Of a DNA stretch of 64,000 nt, positions 46,294-56,014 are shown in pieces; within the stretch, counting starts at the first letter, position 1; every line of letters starts with the position of its first letter. Under the pieces are notes generated by a model. That model saw only the letters and a list, made by a program, of their open reading frames with translations, did not search any database and was not told where the DNA came from. The DNA is taken from NCBI GenBank assembly GCA_018673915.1, contig JABHBK010000057.1, positions 51 to 64,050 on the forward strand, given 5' to 3'. The stretch comes from Nitrospina sp. (GTDB lineage: Bacteria; Nitrospinota; Nitrospinia; Nitrospinales; VA-1). The position numbers and the translations under genes were made by a program.

Positions 46294-46845
46294 ATGTTTG
46301 ATTTGCCGTTGCATCCCGTAGTGGTTCATTTTCCTATCGTTTTAGGAGCCTTACTTCCTTTTCTGGCATTGCTGATTTGGTGGGCCATTAAAAAAGATCT
46401 TTTACAACAAAAAGTCTGGGCACTGGTAACCGTAATGGCTTTGGCTTATGGCGCCTCTGCCATTGTTGCTGTGGAACTTGGCGAAAAAGATGAGGACAAG
46501 GTGGAAGAAATAGTGTCTGAAAGGGTGATTGAAACACATGAAGAAGCTGGGGAAATGATTCCCTGGGTGGCGGGCTCGTTGTTTCTGGTTTCCCTGGCTG
46601 GAATGGTTAAGAAAAACTCGCACTCCCTTCGATTGGGACTGGCTGTGTTGAGTCTCGTCGCACTTTTTCCATTGGTTGATGCAGGCCACACCGGTGGAGA
46701 GTTGGTTTATCAGTATGGAGCCGCCAACGCTCATCTGCCGACAGACAGGCAAGCCGCGGTTGAATCGGGGAAGTTTCTAGCAAGTTCTGACAAAGACCAT
46801 GACAGAGATAAAGATAAAGATAAAGATAAAGATGATGATCACTAA
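46294..46845 (+). CDS. DUF2231-like membrane protein with D/K-rich tail
   Basis: Start at the ATG after AGGAGG. MFDLPLHPVVVHFPIVLG motif and about four TM helices. C-terminal tail DKDHDRDKDKDKDKDDDH. Confidence 0.55.
   Translation: MFDLPLHPVVVHFPIVLGALLPFLALLIWWAIKKDLLQQKVWALVTVMALAYGASAIVAVELGEKDEDKVEEIVSERVIETHEEAGEMIPWVAGSLFLVSLAGMVKKNSHSLRLGLAVLSLVALFPLVDAGHTGGELVYQYGAANAHLPTDRQAAVESGKFLASSDKDHDRDKDKDKDKDDDH
46807..46839 (+). repeat. (GATAAA)x4 then (GAT)x3 microsatellite inside the coding sequence
   Basis: Read directly from the DNA. Encodes the DKDKDKDKDDD tail. Confidence 0.9.
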
Positions 46846-46885
46846 CTGAACAACAGTTTCCAAAAGTTTAGCAATAATCTTTAGG

Positions 46886-47896
46886 ATGAGCAATGCAACC
46901 GGGCCTATCGATCTTAGGCTCGGTTCGCCTTGTGAATATACCTTAATCTATATTTCATTGGATTTACCCATGGAAAAGATTTACATTGATAACAGCTTGT
47001 TAACATTTCCGGAATCTCCCATTTTCGAGCGCATTATTATGAGAGAACTTATTTCTGAAAAGCTTAAGGCTAGCGGATACCTCCCTCCCCTTCCTGATAT
47101 TCTCATCGCGTTACAAAAATTGATGAATGACCCAGACTGTGAAGTCGAGGATGCCCGACGACTCATTTCATCAGACCCCGTCTTGTCCTCACGGATTATT
47201 ACTATGGCTAACAGTGCCTTGTTCGCAGGTGGACGCGATTTGGCGCAAAATATTGAGGATGCCATAGTGCGTCTGGGAGTTGGGGCGGTGCTGGAATTAT
47301 GTTATACGCTGGAACTTCCCGGCTGCATTAAGGTTCCGCAAACATTCGGGCAAACTCGTTATTGGAGACACAGCCTGGCTGTTGCCATCCTTTCCCGTGA
47401 GCTGGGAAGCAAAATATTAACAGATCAAGAAGATCTGGATTCCTGTTACCTGACAGGCTTAGTTCATGATATCGGATTATTGGCTTATGATTATCTTGTG
47501 CCCGAGCAATTCAACCAGTTTCTCTTAACGACCGATTTTCCTGCTTCTGACCAGTCTTTAGAATCACTTGAGAAAAACTTTTTTGGAATGAGCCATGCAG
47601 AATTAGGCTCCTCTTACCTGAACGAATGGTGGCCGGTGCCTTCAGTAATCGTGGAAGCAATTCGGGATCAGAATGGCCCAGGACTCATAAAGGATCAAGC
47701 ACCAAACTTAACTCAGTTGGTCAGCACCGCCAACCAAATTGCCAATGAGTATGACATATCGCATTCTTTACAGACCGGACAAAAAATGGATGCTGATAAG
47801 AGTTATTTAGAAGCTCTCAATATGTCCCAACAAGAAATGGATGAACTGGTTGACTGGACTCAGGTCGGGATTCTTGCCGCAGAATCAGTTCTTTAA
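46886..47896 (+). CDS. HDOD domain protein (start uncertain)
   Basis: LPPLPDILIALQKLMNDPD... and ...GLVHDIGLL... HDOD patterns. Internal ATGs at 46970 and 47039 are alternative starts. Confidence 0.7.
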   Translation: MSNATGPIDLRLGSPCEYTLIYISLDLPMEKIYIDNSLLTFPESPIFERIIMRELISEKLKASGYLPPLPDILIALQKLMNDPDCEVEDARRLISSDPVLSSRIITMANSALFAGGRDLAQNIEDAIVRLGVGAVLELCYTLELPGCIKVPQTFGQTRYWRHSLAVAILSRELGSKILTDQEDLDSCYLTGLVHDIGLLAYDYLVPEQFNQFLLTTDFPASDQSLESLEKNFFGMSHAELGSSYLNEWWPVPSVIVEAIRDQNGPGLIKDQAPNLTQLVSTANQIANEYDISHSLQTGQKMDADKSYLEALNMSQQEMDELVDWTQVGILAAESVL

Positions 47897-47918
47897 AACT
47901 TTTTTTCTGCTTAAGTTT

Positions 47919-48608
47919 TTACTCTAACTCGCCTCCCGGTTTGCGTTGGACTTTAAGAGGTGCACAGATATTTTTTACCGTCTGCAAAGCACTGCGGGTA
48001 ACCCTAATCTTCCATTGTTGATCCGACTTCGTATTCCTCCGGTAAAAGTCATGAAAGCGCCCCATGTCCCAATTAGAGATACGTAGGGTGCCCCACCTTT
48101 CTACTAAACGTTCAAACAACTGATTGCTAAAAAACCGGATCATTTTGGGGTTATCTGTCATTTTCCCGGCCAGCGGATAAAAATCCCGGGCATGTAGAGC
48201 CAGCCCTTGTTTGCCCAAAGTCAGCAAGGATTTCTGAAGCGTTTCAGATTGAGGTACGAATCTTAGAGCTCCATTTGCGCCGAAAGATAATGTGGGCCAT
48301 TTTTCCTCAGGGAAAGCTTTAGAAACCTGGTAATCACCTTCAGGAATACCTTTTTCAGACAGAGTCATAATAAAATTCATATCGATACTACCTCGCGCCT
48401 CCGTTCCCAACAGGCAGAGTCGGTCAAACTTTTTTCCAGTCCCTGCATCCACACTCACCAATCCAGGAAAACTTTCATGACCGGTCAACTTGATGACAAT
48501 TTCAAAAGCTAAAGCACTTGAGGAATATGAAACCGCAATAAGGAACACAAAAATTCCTGGAAGAAAAAAGGGTTGTTCATAATTCTGCTTGCGCGTTCGC
48601 GATTTCAA
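47919..48608 (-). CDS. hypothetical exported protein (weak YkuD-like motif)
   Basis: 229 aa with a TM/signal segment. C-terminal ...WGTLRISNWDM... resembles the L,D-transpeptidase SxGCIRMxNxD motif, with Thr in place of Cys (by eye). Confidence 0.4.
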   Translation of the reverse strand: MKSRTRKQNYEQPFFLPGIFVFLIAVSYSSSALAFEIVIKLTGHESFPGLVSVDAGTGKKFDRLCLLGTEARGSIDMNFIMTLSEKGIPEGDYQVSKAFPEEKWPTLSFGANGALRFVPQSETLQKSLLTLGKQGLALHARDFYPLAGKMTDNPKMIRFFSNQLFERLVERWGTLRISNWDMGRFHDFYRRNTKSDQQWKIRVTRSALQTVKNICAPLKVQRKPGGELE

Positions 48609-48611
48609 GGA

Positions 48612-49640
48612 CTATCTACCTTCAATGACCACCAGGGCAGAATTCCGCTGGACGGTTACAGGGCTGGGTTCAGGTCTTTTACGCTCAAGGGTTTTCTTTT
48701 TGGGTCCCTCAAGCGAGTTTTTATAAAGACTAAATATACGGCTGAGATAGGATGATTTCAGAGCAATGCTTCCTTCAGGCGGTAAACCCGCTGCTTGAAA
48801 ATTATTGACAATTTGCGTAGTAGAAAGAATCATGCCAACAACTTGCCCTCCTTCATTCAACAAGGGAGAACCGGGTGTCGGTGGGGACGAGAACTGCAAC
48901 TCAAACATATTTTTATCGTTCATGATCGCTTTCAATCCTGTTATCACCCCTTTCCTCCAGGAGAAGTGATCGGCATCTCCTCCCTTAAAGTCTGACGTTT
49001 CCAGCGAATCCCCTACTTGATAGATAGAAGAATCGGCAAACTGAAATCCTGATTTCGCTGTCTCCAATTTTAGCAGGGCAAGATCATAGACAATATAACG
49101 CTTCACAATTCTGGCAGATATGGGAGATTGATCTTCGAACCGCACCCGCATCTGTTCTTGATCACCCAAACTGTGAGCGAGTGTGAAAACATAGCCACCC
49201 ATTGCAAACCCATAACCCTTCACAGACCAGGTGGGCGATTGAGAGACAGGGCGCAAAGTATCGAGCTCTTCAAACTCTTCAGGGTTGATGTCAAATTCTG
49301 CATAGGTTTTTTGAAGGTTTTTTTGGACGATTTTCAAGTTACGTTTCGATTCCAAGTCAGAGTCTTTAAGGTAAAGCTTTTCAGCCAGGCGCAAATGATA
49401 CGCCGCTTGTACCCCATCTTTGATTTGATAGAACAACAAGGCTAAATTATGATGGGCCTGAGGCCAATTCTTTTTGAGCCGCAGAGCCTGTTGGTAAGAT
49501 CGAATCGCCTGTTCCTTACTACCCTCCAGGCTTTGCTCAAACCCAATGCCATACCATTCTTCAGCAGTTCGGGCCTGCACCTCAGAAACTATTGGGAAAA
49601 TAAATAGAATTTTAAAAAAAAAGAGAAAACTGATTTTCAT
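48612..49640 (-). CDS. exported TPR plus trypsin-like (S1C-like) domain protein
   Basis: Start taken at MKISFLFFF (signal peptide). TPR units, then GYGF...TLAHSL, YDLALLKL and ...PGSPLLNEGGQVVGMI resembling the His/Asp/Ser blocks of DegP-like proteases. Confidence 0.5.
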   Translation of the reverse strand: MKISFLFFFKILFIFPIVSEVQARTAEEWYGIGFEQSLEGSKEQAIRSYQQALRLKKNWPQAHHNLALLFYQIKDGVQAAYHLRLAEKLYLKDSDLESKRNLKIVQKNLQKTYAEFDINPEEFEELDTLRPVSQSPTWSVKGYGFAMGGYVFTLAHSLGDQEQMRVRFEDQSPISARIVKRYIVYDLALLKLETAKSGFQFADSSIYQVGDSLETSDFKGGDADHFSWRKGVITGLKAIMNDKNMFELQFSSPPTPGSPLLNEGGQVVGMILSTTQIVNNFQAAGLPPEGSIALKSSYLSRIFSLYKNSLEGPKKKTLERKRPEPSPVTVQRNSALVVIEGR

Positions 49641-49877
49641 TTGACCTGTCTCATTATTAGGCAACGCTGGTAATGCCCCATTATAGTTAATTGTACCGGG
49701 GAAATTTTGATTCACTGAAAAATATTTGCTCTACCCTTTTTATTAAGTGCAAAATGCAGATAATTGATTTTTTAGAGATACCCGTAATTATGGCCCACAT
49801 CATGAGTTCCACTCCACCCACTAGCTGTGCGGCAGATAGCAATGGCTCGTAGAGATAAATGAACAATTGACAGTAAT

Positions 49878-50468
49878 ATGAAGATATTCGATGGTACCGA
49901 TTCTCCGCAACGTGAAGGACTGACCTGGGCCAAAATATCCCGATTCCTTTCCTTGCCCTTTAGCCCTTCCCGCCTGGACACCTATATACAGGTAAAAAGG
50001 TTTGAAGAAGTTCCCATCGCTATGCTCCTCGAAGAAGGTATTGAAGGGATTCTTCTCGATGCCGATGGCACCCTGGGAACCCATCACGCTAAAGAATTCA
50101 ACTTGTCGATAAGGGACCATGTACGAGCCATGCTGGAAAATGGATTTAAAATAGCTATATATACCAATGCCTGGGAGGACCGATTTCACTCATTTCAGGA
50201 AATGGGAGTCAAAGTTGTCAGCAATGTGCCCGCCAAACCTGATCCCCACGGATTCCACATCGCCATGACCGACTTCCTTCAATTGGAAGATCCCTCCAAG
50301 GTGTGCATGATTGGGGACAACTATGTGACCGATGGCGGAGCCATCGACGCAGGGATGAGGTTCATCCACGTTCAGCCCATAAAAGGTAAAGAACCCTTTC
50401 TACATTCTGCGACCCGACTCTTCGCATATCTATGTGCCAAAATGTATGACCGTAAAGTGAAAAAATAG
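49878..50468 (+). CDS. HAD-superfamily phosphatase (YqeG-like, subfamily IIIA)
   Basis: 196 aa. ILLDADGTL (DxDxT) motif and C-terminal MIGDNYVTDGGAIDAGM motif. Confidence 0.7.
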   Translation: MKIFDGTDSPQREGLTWAKISRFLSLPFSPSRLDTYIQVKRFEEVPIAMLLEEGIEGILLDADGTLGTHHAKEFNLSIRDHVRAMLENGFKIAIYTNAWEDRFHSFQEMGVKVVSNVPAKPDPHGFHIAMTDFLQLEDPSKVCMIGDNYVTDGGAIDAGMRFIHVQPIKGKEPFLHSATRLFAYLCAKMYDRKVKK

Positions 50469-50540
50469 CCTCGTGGGAAAAATCCCGAATTGCTGCATTA
50501 AAGGGTTTACATCTGACCTCATTACAAGAATAATACCCAC

Positions 50541-51041
50541 ATGGAAATCGAACAAGTCCAAGAATATTGCCAGGAAGCACTAAAAATTGCCAAGCTTGAG
50601 GGAACTCACGCAAGCCTTTCTTTTCTGATAGGAGAAAAATTCGGATTAAATTTTAGCCTGCTCAGAAAAGCAAGGCGGAAACTTCAGTTTCTGTACCCTA
50701 GCGATGACATGTCTGAAGACCATCCTTTAAATCAGGGTGGACGCACCTTAAAGATGAGCTATGCCCTGACAGTTCAAGAGCATTACAGCATTCCTTTAGA
50801 GCAAGTCAAACACCTGGAATCTATTTTGGCTGGTTTCGCCGAGGCCATTCTCAATGCATTCAGTCAGGAGGATATCAAAAATTATCTAGAGTCCTCACCT
50901 GGCATTGGCACCGACCCCAAGGAAATGGAAGATCCTGAAAGCGAAGCAGAATTTTCGGTTAATGATCTTTTATTGGAGGCGGAAGAAATTTTGGTGCTTG
51001 AAGATATCAAGAAACTACTTTTGAAAGATACGAGTAGTTAA
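50541..51041 (+). CDS. hypothetical acidic protein
   Basis: 166-aa ORF. No recognised motif. Confidence 0.4.
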   Translation: MEIEQVQEYCQEALKIAKLEGTHASLSFLIGEKFGLNFSLLRKARRKLQFLYPSDDMSEDHPLNQGGRTLKMSYALTVQEHYSIPLEQVKHLESILAGFAEAILNAFSQEDIKNYLESSPGIGTDPKEMEDPESEAEFSVNDLLLEAEEILVLEDIKKLLLKDTSS

Positions 51042-51047
51042 TAATCT

Positions 51048-51215
51048 ATGGAACCGGAACCGATTCTAAAAAAAAGCACCCGGCTGATTCTGGCTTTTAT
51101 CATCCTCTGTGTCTGTACTGTCTTAATCCTTTTTACAGGGCCAGGATTCAGCTTCGTCTGGCAGGTAATTCTTTCCAGCTTGCTTTTCTTTTACCTGTTC
51201 TGGCTGATCACCTAA
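51048..51215 (+). CDS. possible small two-TM membrane protein (55 aa), absent from the ORF track
   Basis: My translation is MEPEPILKKSTRLILAFIILCVCTVLILFTGPGFSFVWQVILSSLLFFYLFWLIT. It starts 7 nt after the preceding stop. Confidence 0.3.
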   Translation: MEPEPILKKSTRLILAFIILCVCTVLILFTGPGFSFVWQVILSSLLFFYLFWLIT

Positions 51216-51774
51216 CCGCAAACCAGATCACTCCCAATATAGCCGCACCTGCTAAGATCAACGCTGTCATTGACAAAGCCTTTGATGCGGGAAGTTCCTT
51301 TTCCAGCTTTTCGTTTAGAGGCGTTATTGCTGACTGAATTGATTTGTTGAGTTCTTCCCTGACCTCATTCAATATTTCCATTTTCACAAAACGGGTATTT
51401 TCCGCAATCACCTTGTCGAGGTCTTCCAGTATTTTTTTGGTGATTTCCGGTGTCGCCTTAACCAATTCCTCCCGCACCGCTTCGAGCCCATCTTCGTTCA
51501 TACACGCCATCTTGCGATCGATTTCTTCCAACTTAGTTCGAATTGCTTTTTCTACCTTTGGCGCAATGTTTTCTTCGATCCGTTCCATCGAGTCCCGCGC
51601 ATTGGACAGGGACTCGTGCAGATGCTCCTGAATTTCCTCTTCCAGAGCCTCTTTCCGGGACTCCACATGTTCTGCGAGGATGTCCAGCTTCTGGCGAATT
51701 TCGGACACAGCTCGGAATCCTTCGCCGGCCTGTTGCCGTTCTCTTTCAAATTCCGGATTAGTTGAATCAGACAT
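51208..51774 (-). CDS. hypothetical coiled-coil protein with C-terminal TM anchor
   Basis: 188 aa. Glu/Lys-rich helical sequence ending in ALILAGAAILGVIWFAV. Confidence 0.45.
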   Translation of the reverse strand: MSDSTNPEFERERQQAGEGFRAVSEIRQKLDILAEHVESRKEALEEEIQEHLHESLSNARDSMERIEENIAPKVEKAIRTKLEEIDRKMACMNEDGLEAVREELVKATPEITKKILEDLDKVIAENTRFVKMEILNEVREELNKSIQSAITPLNEKLEKELPASKALSMTALILAGAAILGVIWFAVR

Positions 51775-51949
51775 AAGGTTATTTTATTTTAAGTGACCTT
51801 GCTTCAGGTCAGGGGTTAACAAAATGTAATCAAGGTAAATTATGGACTCAAATCACGACAGTTTCAAACAGTAAACGGGGTGCGGCACAACTTGACTTCC
51901 CTCTTCGGGTCAGGTATTTTGATATCATTGATAAATAAAGGGTTATTGA

Positions 51950-52879
51950 GTGGAAAAGGCTATTCAGGAATTCAAAAATTACCTGCTGGTAGAGAAAAAT
52001 GCATCTCCGCATACACTGGAAGGTTATCTCAATGATATCTCCCAGTTTCAGGAGTTTTTGACTCGTTCCGGTCATGCCATGGAATCTGGTGCCCTCCAAC
52101 TTGAAAAAATAGACCGATTGGCAGTGCGCTCATTCATGGGGTATCTCTATGAAAAGAATTTTTCGGGCACCACCCTTCGACGCAAGCTTTCAACATTGAG
52201 TTCATTCTTTAGGTTCCTCTGTCGGGAAGGTACTCTAAAAAACAATGTCGCCAAAACTGTTCCCGCACCTCGTGTGCAGAATAAACTGCCTTCCTATTTT
52301 TCCATTGATGAAATGTTCCGCCTTTTACAATTGCCTCAGGGTGAAGGATTCCTGCCAGCCCGCGACAGGGCTATGCTGGAACTGTTTTACAGCTGTGGAC
52401 TTCGTATCAGTGAATTGGTTTCGCTGACTCTGGAAGACATCAACCTTGATTCACGTATGGTCAAAGTTCTGGGAAAAGGAGGAAAGGAACGGCTTCTTCC
52501 ACTGGGACGCCATTGTGTGGAAGCTTTGAAAACCTATCTTAATATCCGGATGGATAAAATCCGAAAAATTAATTCTGGCACTGACCAATTATTTCTGAAT
52601 CATCGAGGAGGCGGAATCACGGTTCGAGGAATGCGTAAAGTTGTTGAAAAATATATCAAGCTGGGGAACTTTCCCGGTGGGGTTTCCCCACATTCAATCC
52701 GGCACTCCTTTGCCACCCACCTGCTGGAAGGCGGAGCAGATTTACGTTCCATCCAAGAACTGCTGGGGCATTCCAGCTTGTCCACCACCCAGAAATACAC
52801 ACATTTGACGCTGGACCGATTGTCCGAAGCGTATGACAAAGCACATCCACGCGCCAAAGAAAAACCCGCGATGGATTAA
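51950..52879 (+). CDS. xerC: tyrosine recombinase XerC/XerD family
   Basis: 309 aa. RHSFATHLLEGGADLRSIQELLGHSSLSTTQKYTH catalytic region. Position upstream of hslVU matches the codV/xerC arrangement. Confidence 0.85.
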   Translation: MEKAIQEFKNYLLVEKNASPHTLEGYLNDISQFQEFLTRSGHAMESGALQLEKIDRLAVRSFMGYLYEKNFSGTTLRRKLSTLSSFFRFLCREGTLKNNVAKTVPAPRVQNKLPSYFSIDEMFRLLQLPQGEGFLPARDRAMLELFYSCGLRISELVSLTLEDINLDSRMVKVLGKGGKERLLPLGRHCVEALKTYLNIRMDKIRKINSGTDQLFLNHRGGGITVRGMRKVVEKYIKLGNFPGGVSPHSIRHSFATHLLEGGADLRSIQELLGHSSLSTTQKYTHLTLDRLSEAYDKAHPRAKEKPAMD

Positions 52880-52927
52880 TATTAATCGGGTTTCCCTTTT
52901 TCTACTGATACCAGTACAATATTCGAT

Positions 52928-53455
52928 ATGATGCACGCAACCACAATTCTTGCCGTCCGCCATAAGGACGAAGTCGCTATAGGCGGAGACGGTCAAGTCA
53001 GCCTTGGCAACACAATTATGAAGCATTCCGCCAGCAAGGTCCGGCGCATGTACCACGATAAGGTGGTCGGCGGATTCGCCGGCTCTACTGCGGATGCGTT
53101 TTCTCTATTTGCCAGGTTTGAGGAAAAGCTTGAAAAATTTCAAGGCAATCTGCCCCGGTCCGCGGTTGAACTGGCTAAAGACTGGCGTACCGATAAAATG
53201 TTGAGAAGACTGGAGGCAATGCTGATAGTGGTCGATAAGGATCACTCGCTCCTGCTTTCTGGAACAGGGGATGTGATTGAATCCGATGATGGCGTTTTGG
53301 CTATTGGTTCAGGAGGAATGTTCGCTTCAGCCGCCGCCAAAGCCCTCGTCAAACACAGTAGTCTTTCGGCGCGGGAAATTGTGGAAGAAGCAATGGCGAT
53401 CACCGAATCCATCTGTATTTATACAAATTCTAATGTAACGATTGAGGAATTGTAG
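52928..53455 (+). CDS. hslV: ATP-dependent protease subunit HslV
   Basis: 175 aa. [12 protein letters not shown]... and GGDGQVS motifs. Confidence 0.9.
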   Translation: MMHATTILAVRHKDEVAIGGDGQVSLGNTIMKHSASKVRRMYHDKVVGGFAGSTADAFSLFARFEEKLEKFQGNLPRSAVELAKDWRTDKMLRRLEAMLIVVDKDHSLLLSGTGDVIESDDGVLAIGSGGMFASAAAKALVKHSSLSAREIVEEAMAITESICIYTNSNVTIEEL

Positions 53456-53458
53456 TTC

Positions 53459-54877
53459 ATGAATTTTACAACACTAAACCCACCCGATACTGCGTCTCAG
53501 AATCCTAATGATAAGTTTATGGCGTCATTGACTCCAAAACAAATTGTAGAGGAACTGGATAAGTTTATTGTCGGGCAAACTAATGCCAAGCGGGCAGTGG
53601 CCATTGCTCTGCGCAACCGCTGGCGTCGTCAACAACTTCCTGACAACCTTCGCGATGAAGTGGGGCCTAAAAATATACTCATGATCGGCCCAACAGGAGT
53701 GGGAAAGACAGAAATTGCACGCCGACTGGCGAAACTTGCCAAGTCCCCATTCATTAAAGTGGAGGCTTCCAAATACACCGAGGTGGGTTACGTTGGGCGC
53801 GATGTGGAATCCATGATCCGGGATCTAGTAGAATTATCAAAAAACATGGTCAAAGAAGAAATGGAATCTACCGTTCGCGAACAAGCTCGTGATCAGGCCA
53901 TAGAAAAGCTTCTGGACTTGCTTCTGCCTCCTCCTCCAGGTATGCAAGGAAAACCTGGCATGAACTTAGACTCAAATGGCAAACTCCATTACGATCAAAC
54001 CCGCGAAAAGTTTTCCCAGATGTTAAAGGAGGGCAAGCTGGATGACCGTGAAATAGAAATTCAGGTGCGGGAAAAAGCACCCTCAATCGTTGACTTGAGT
54101 TCTGGCCCCGGAATGGAAGAGATGGGCAACAACATCAAAGATATGCTTGGATCTTTTATGCCGCAAAAATCTAAGAATAAAAAACTTAAAGTTCCCGATG
54201 CGTTCAAGGTTCTTTGCCAGGAAGAAGCCGAAAAATTACTCGATCAGGACTCAATACTAGAAGAAACCCTGAAGCGCGTAGAACAAAACGGAATCATCTT
54301 CATTGATGAAGTAGATAAAATTATTGGTCGCCAATCTGGCGGAACCAGCGGCCCGGATGTGTCTCGCGAAGGGGTTCAACGTGACCTCTTGCCCATCGTT
54401 GAAGGTTCTTCAGTAAACACCAAGCACGGCATCGTTAAAACCGACCACATCCTTTTTATTGCGGCGGGAGCGTTTCACTCGGCCAAACCCTCCGACCTAA
54501 TTCCGGAGTTTCAAGGTCGTTTCCCCATCCGTGTTGAACTGGATTCTCTGACAAAAAGTGATTTCGTCCGGATTCTTACCGAACCCGACAACGCCCTGGT
54601 CAAACAATATATTGCCTTACTCAATACTGAACAGGTCAACCTGACTTTTCTGGATGAGGCCATAGACCAAATCGCTGAGATGTCAGCTCTGGTTAACCAA
54701 CGCATGGAAAACATTGGGGCCCGGCGACTTCATACCATTATGGAAAAATTTCTCGAAGACATCTCTTTCGATGCTTCGGATCTGGAAGAAAAAAATATTA
54801 CTATTGATGCCAATTATATTCGCGATAAACTGAAAGATATTATTCAAGACGAAGACCTGAGCCGTTACATCCTGTAA
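53459..54877 (+). CDS. hslU: ATP-dependent protease ATPase subunit HslU
   Basis: 472 aa. [32 protein letters not shown] Walker A and [10 protein letters not shown] Walker B. Confidence 0.95.
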   Translation: MNFTTLNPPDTASQNPNDKFMASLTPKQIVEELDKFIVGQTNAKRAVAIALRNRWRRQQLPDNLRDEVGPKNILMIGPTGVGKTEIARRLAKLAKSPFIKVEASKYTEVGYVGRDVESMIRDLVELSKNMVKEEMESTVREQARDQAIEKLLDLLLPPPPGMQGKPGMNLDSNGKLHYDQTREKFSQMLKEGKLDDREIEIQVREKAPSIVDLSSGPGMEEMGNNIKDMLGSFMPQKSKNKKLKVPDAFKVLCQEEAEKLLDQDSILEETLKRVEQNGIIFIDEVDKIIGRQSGGTSGPDVSREGVQRDLLPIVEGSSVNTKHGIVKTDHILFIAAGAFHSAKPSDLIPEFQGRFPIRVELDSLTKSDFVRILTEPDNALVKQYIALLNTEQVNLTFLDEAIDQIAEMSALVNQRMENIGARRLHTIMEKFLEDISFDASDLEEKNITIDANYIRDKLKDIIQDEDLSRYIL

Positions 54878-54885
54878 TTTTCCCC

Positions 54886-55791
54886 ATGAAAAAACTAATC
54901 GAAAAAGCAGAAGTTCTTTTAGAAGCTCTGCCTTACATCAAGAGCTTCTACGGTAGAACCATCGTCATCAAATATGGCGGCAATGCTATGGTTTCTGACG
55001 ATTTAAAGAAAAACTTTGCCCTCGATATCGTCATGATGAAATACATCGGCATCAATCCTGTCGTGGTTCACGGGGGTGGCCCACAAATCGATAAAACGCT
55101 CAAAGCCCTGGGTATTCAATCTCAGTTTGTTGAAGGACAGCGGGTGACCAGCAAGGAAACGATTGACGTAGTAGAAATGGTTCTTGGAGGAAAAGTTAAC
55201 AAGGAAATTGTTTCCCTAATCAATCAAAATGGCGGTAATGCAGTGGGCATCACCGGCAAAGATGGTGACCTCATTCTTGCTAAACGGCACAAAAAGGTGA
55301 AGCATTCACCAGAGACGGATCGACCAGAAATTATTGACCTGGGATTGGTGGGCGAGATCACTAAAGTGAACCCGCGGATTCTGGAAACGCTGGACCAGAA
55401 TGAATTTATTCCTGTTATCGCACCCATCGGTAAAGGGGAAAACGGGGAGACTCTCAATATCAATGCAGATTTTGTAGCGGCCAAAATTGCAGCAGCCCTG
55501 AAAGCTGAAAAACTGATTTTGATGACCGATACCGAAGGAGTAAAAAATAAAGCCGGAAAACTACAATCTGGACTTACCCGGAAAAATACTGCCGACATGA
55601 TACGTAGTAAAGTCATTCGGGATGGAATGCTCCCAAAAGTCAATTGTTGCCTGGATGCTCTTAAATTTGGAGTGCATAAAACCCATATTATTGATGGGCG
55701 CGTCCGACACGCCTTGTTGCTTGAAATTTTTACCGCAGAAGGCATTGGAACCCAAATCGTAGAAAAAGCTAGCGACCTGAAACCGTCGTAA
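54886..55791 (+). CDS. argB: acetylglutamate kinase
   Basis: 301 aa. [10 protein letters not shown] and VVHGGGPQI motifs. Confidence 0.9.
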   Translation: MKKLIEKAEVLLEALPYIKSFYGRTIVIKYGGNAMVSDDLKKNFALDIVMMKYIGINPVVVHGGGPQIDKTLKALGIQSQFVEGQRVTSKETIDVVEMVLGGKVNKEIVSLINQNGGNAVGITGKDGDLILAKRHKKVKHSPETDRPEIIDLGLVGEITKVNPRILETLDQNEFIPVIAPIGKGENGETLNINADFVAAKIAAALKAEKLILMTDTEGVKNKAGKLQSGLTRKNTADMIRSKVIRDGMLPKVNCCLDALKFGVHKTHIIDGRVRHALLLEIFTAEGIGTQIVEKASDLKPS

Positions 55792-56014
55792 CTGCAGGTA
55801 GCATTGAGCACATAATATTTTTCCCTAATTTTCGTACCCCAAATGGGTCATAGCATTCACTGATTAACAACCGATTGCCCTGGGAAGGCACTTTTTCCCG
55901 TTACCCCTTTGGCTCGCGAACACAGAAGTGGGTTAATATTGACAAAGAATACAGCGGTTGATAATTTATCTATAGAAGTAGCAATCCGAAACCTATTTTA
56001 AATCACCTTATGCC

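Noticed and set aside
55224-55811. 195-aa ORF on the minus strand
   Set aside because: It is antisense to argB, whose motifs are unambiguous. It is Ser/Arg/Pro-rich shadow-frame sequence.
55806-55832. dif-like sequence GAGCACATAATATTTTTCCCTAATTTT, examined as a possible Xer dif site
   Set aside because: Only the first arm resembles GGTGCGCATAA. The second arm does not match a XerD half-site.
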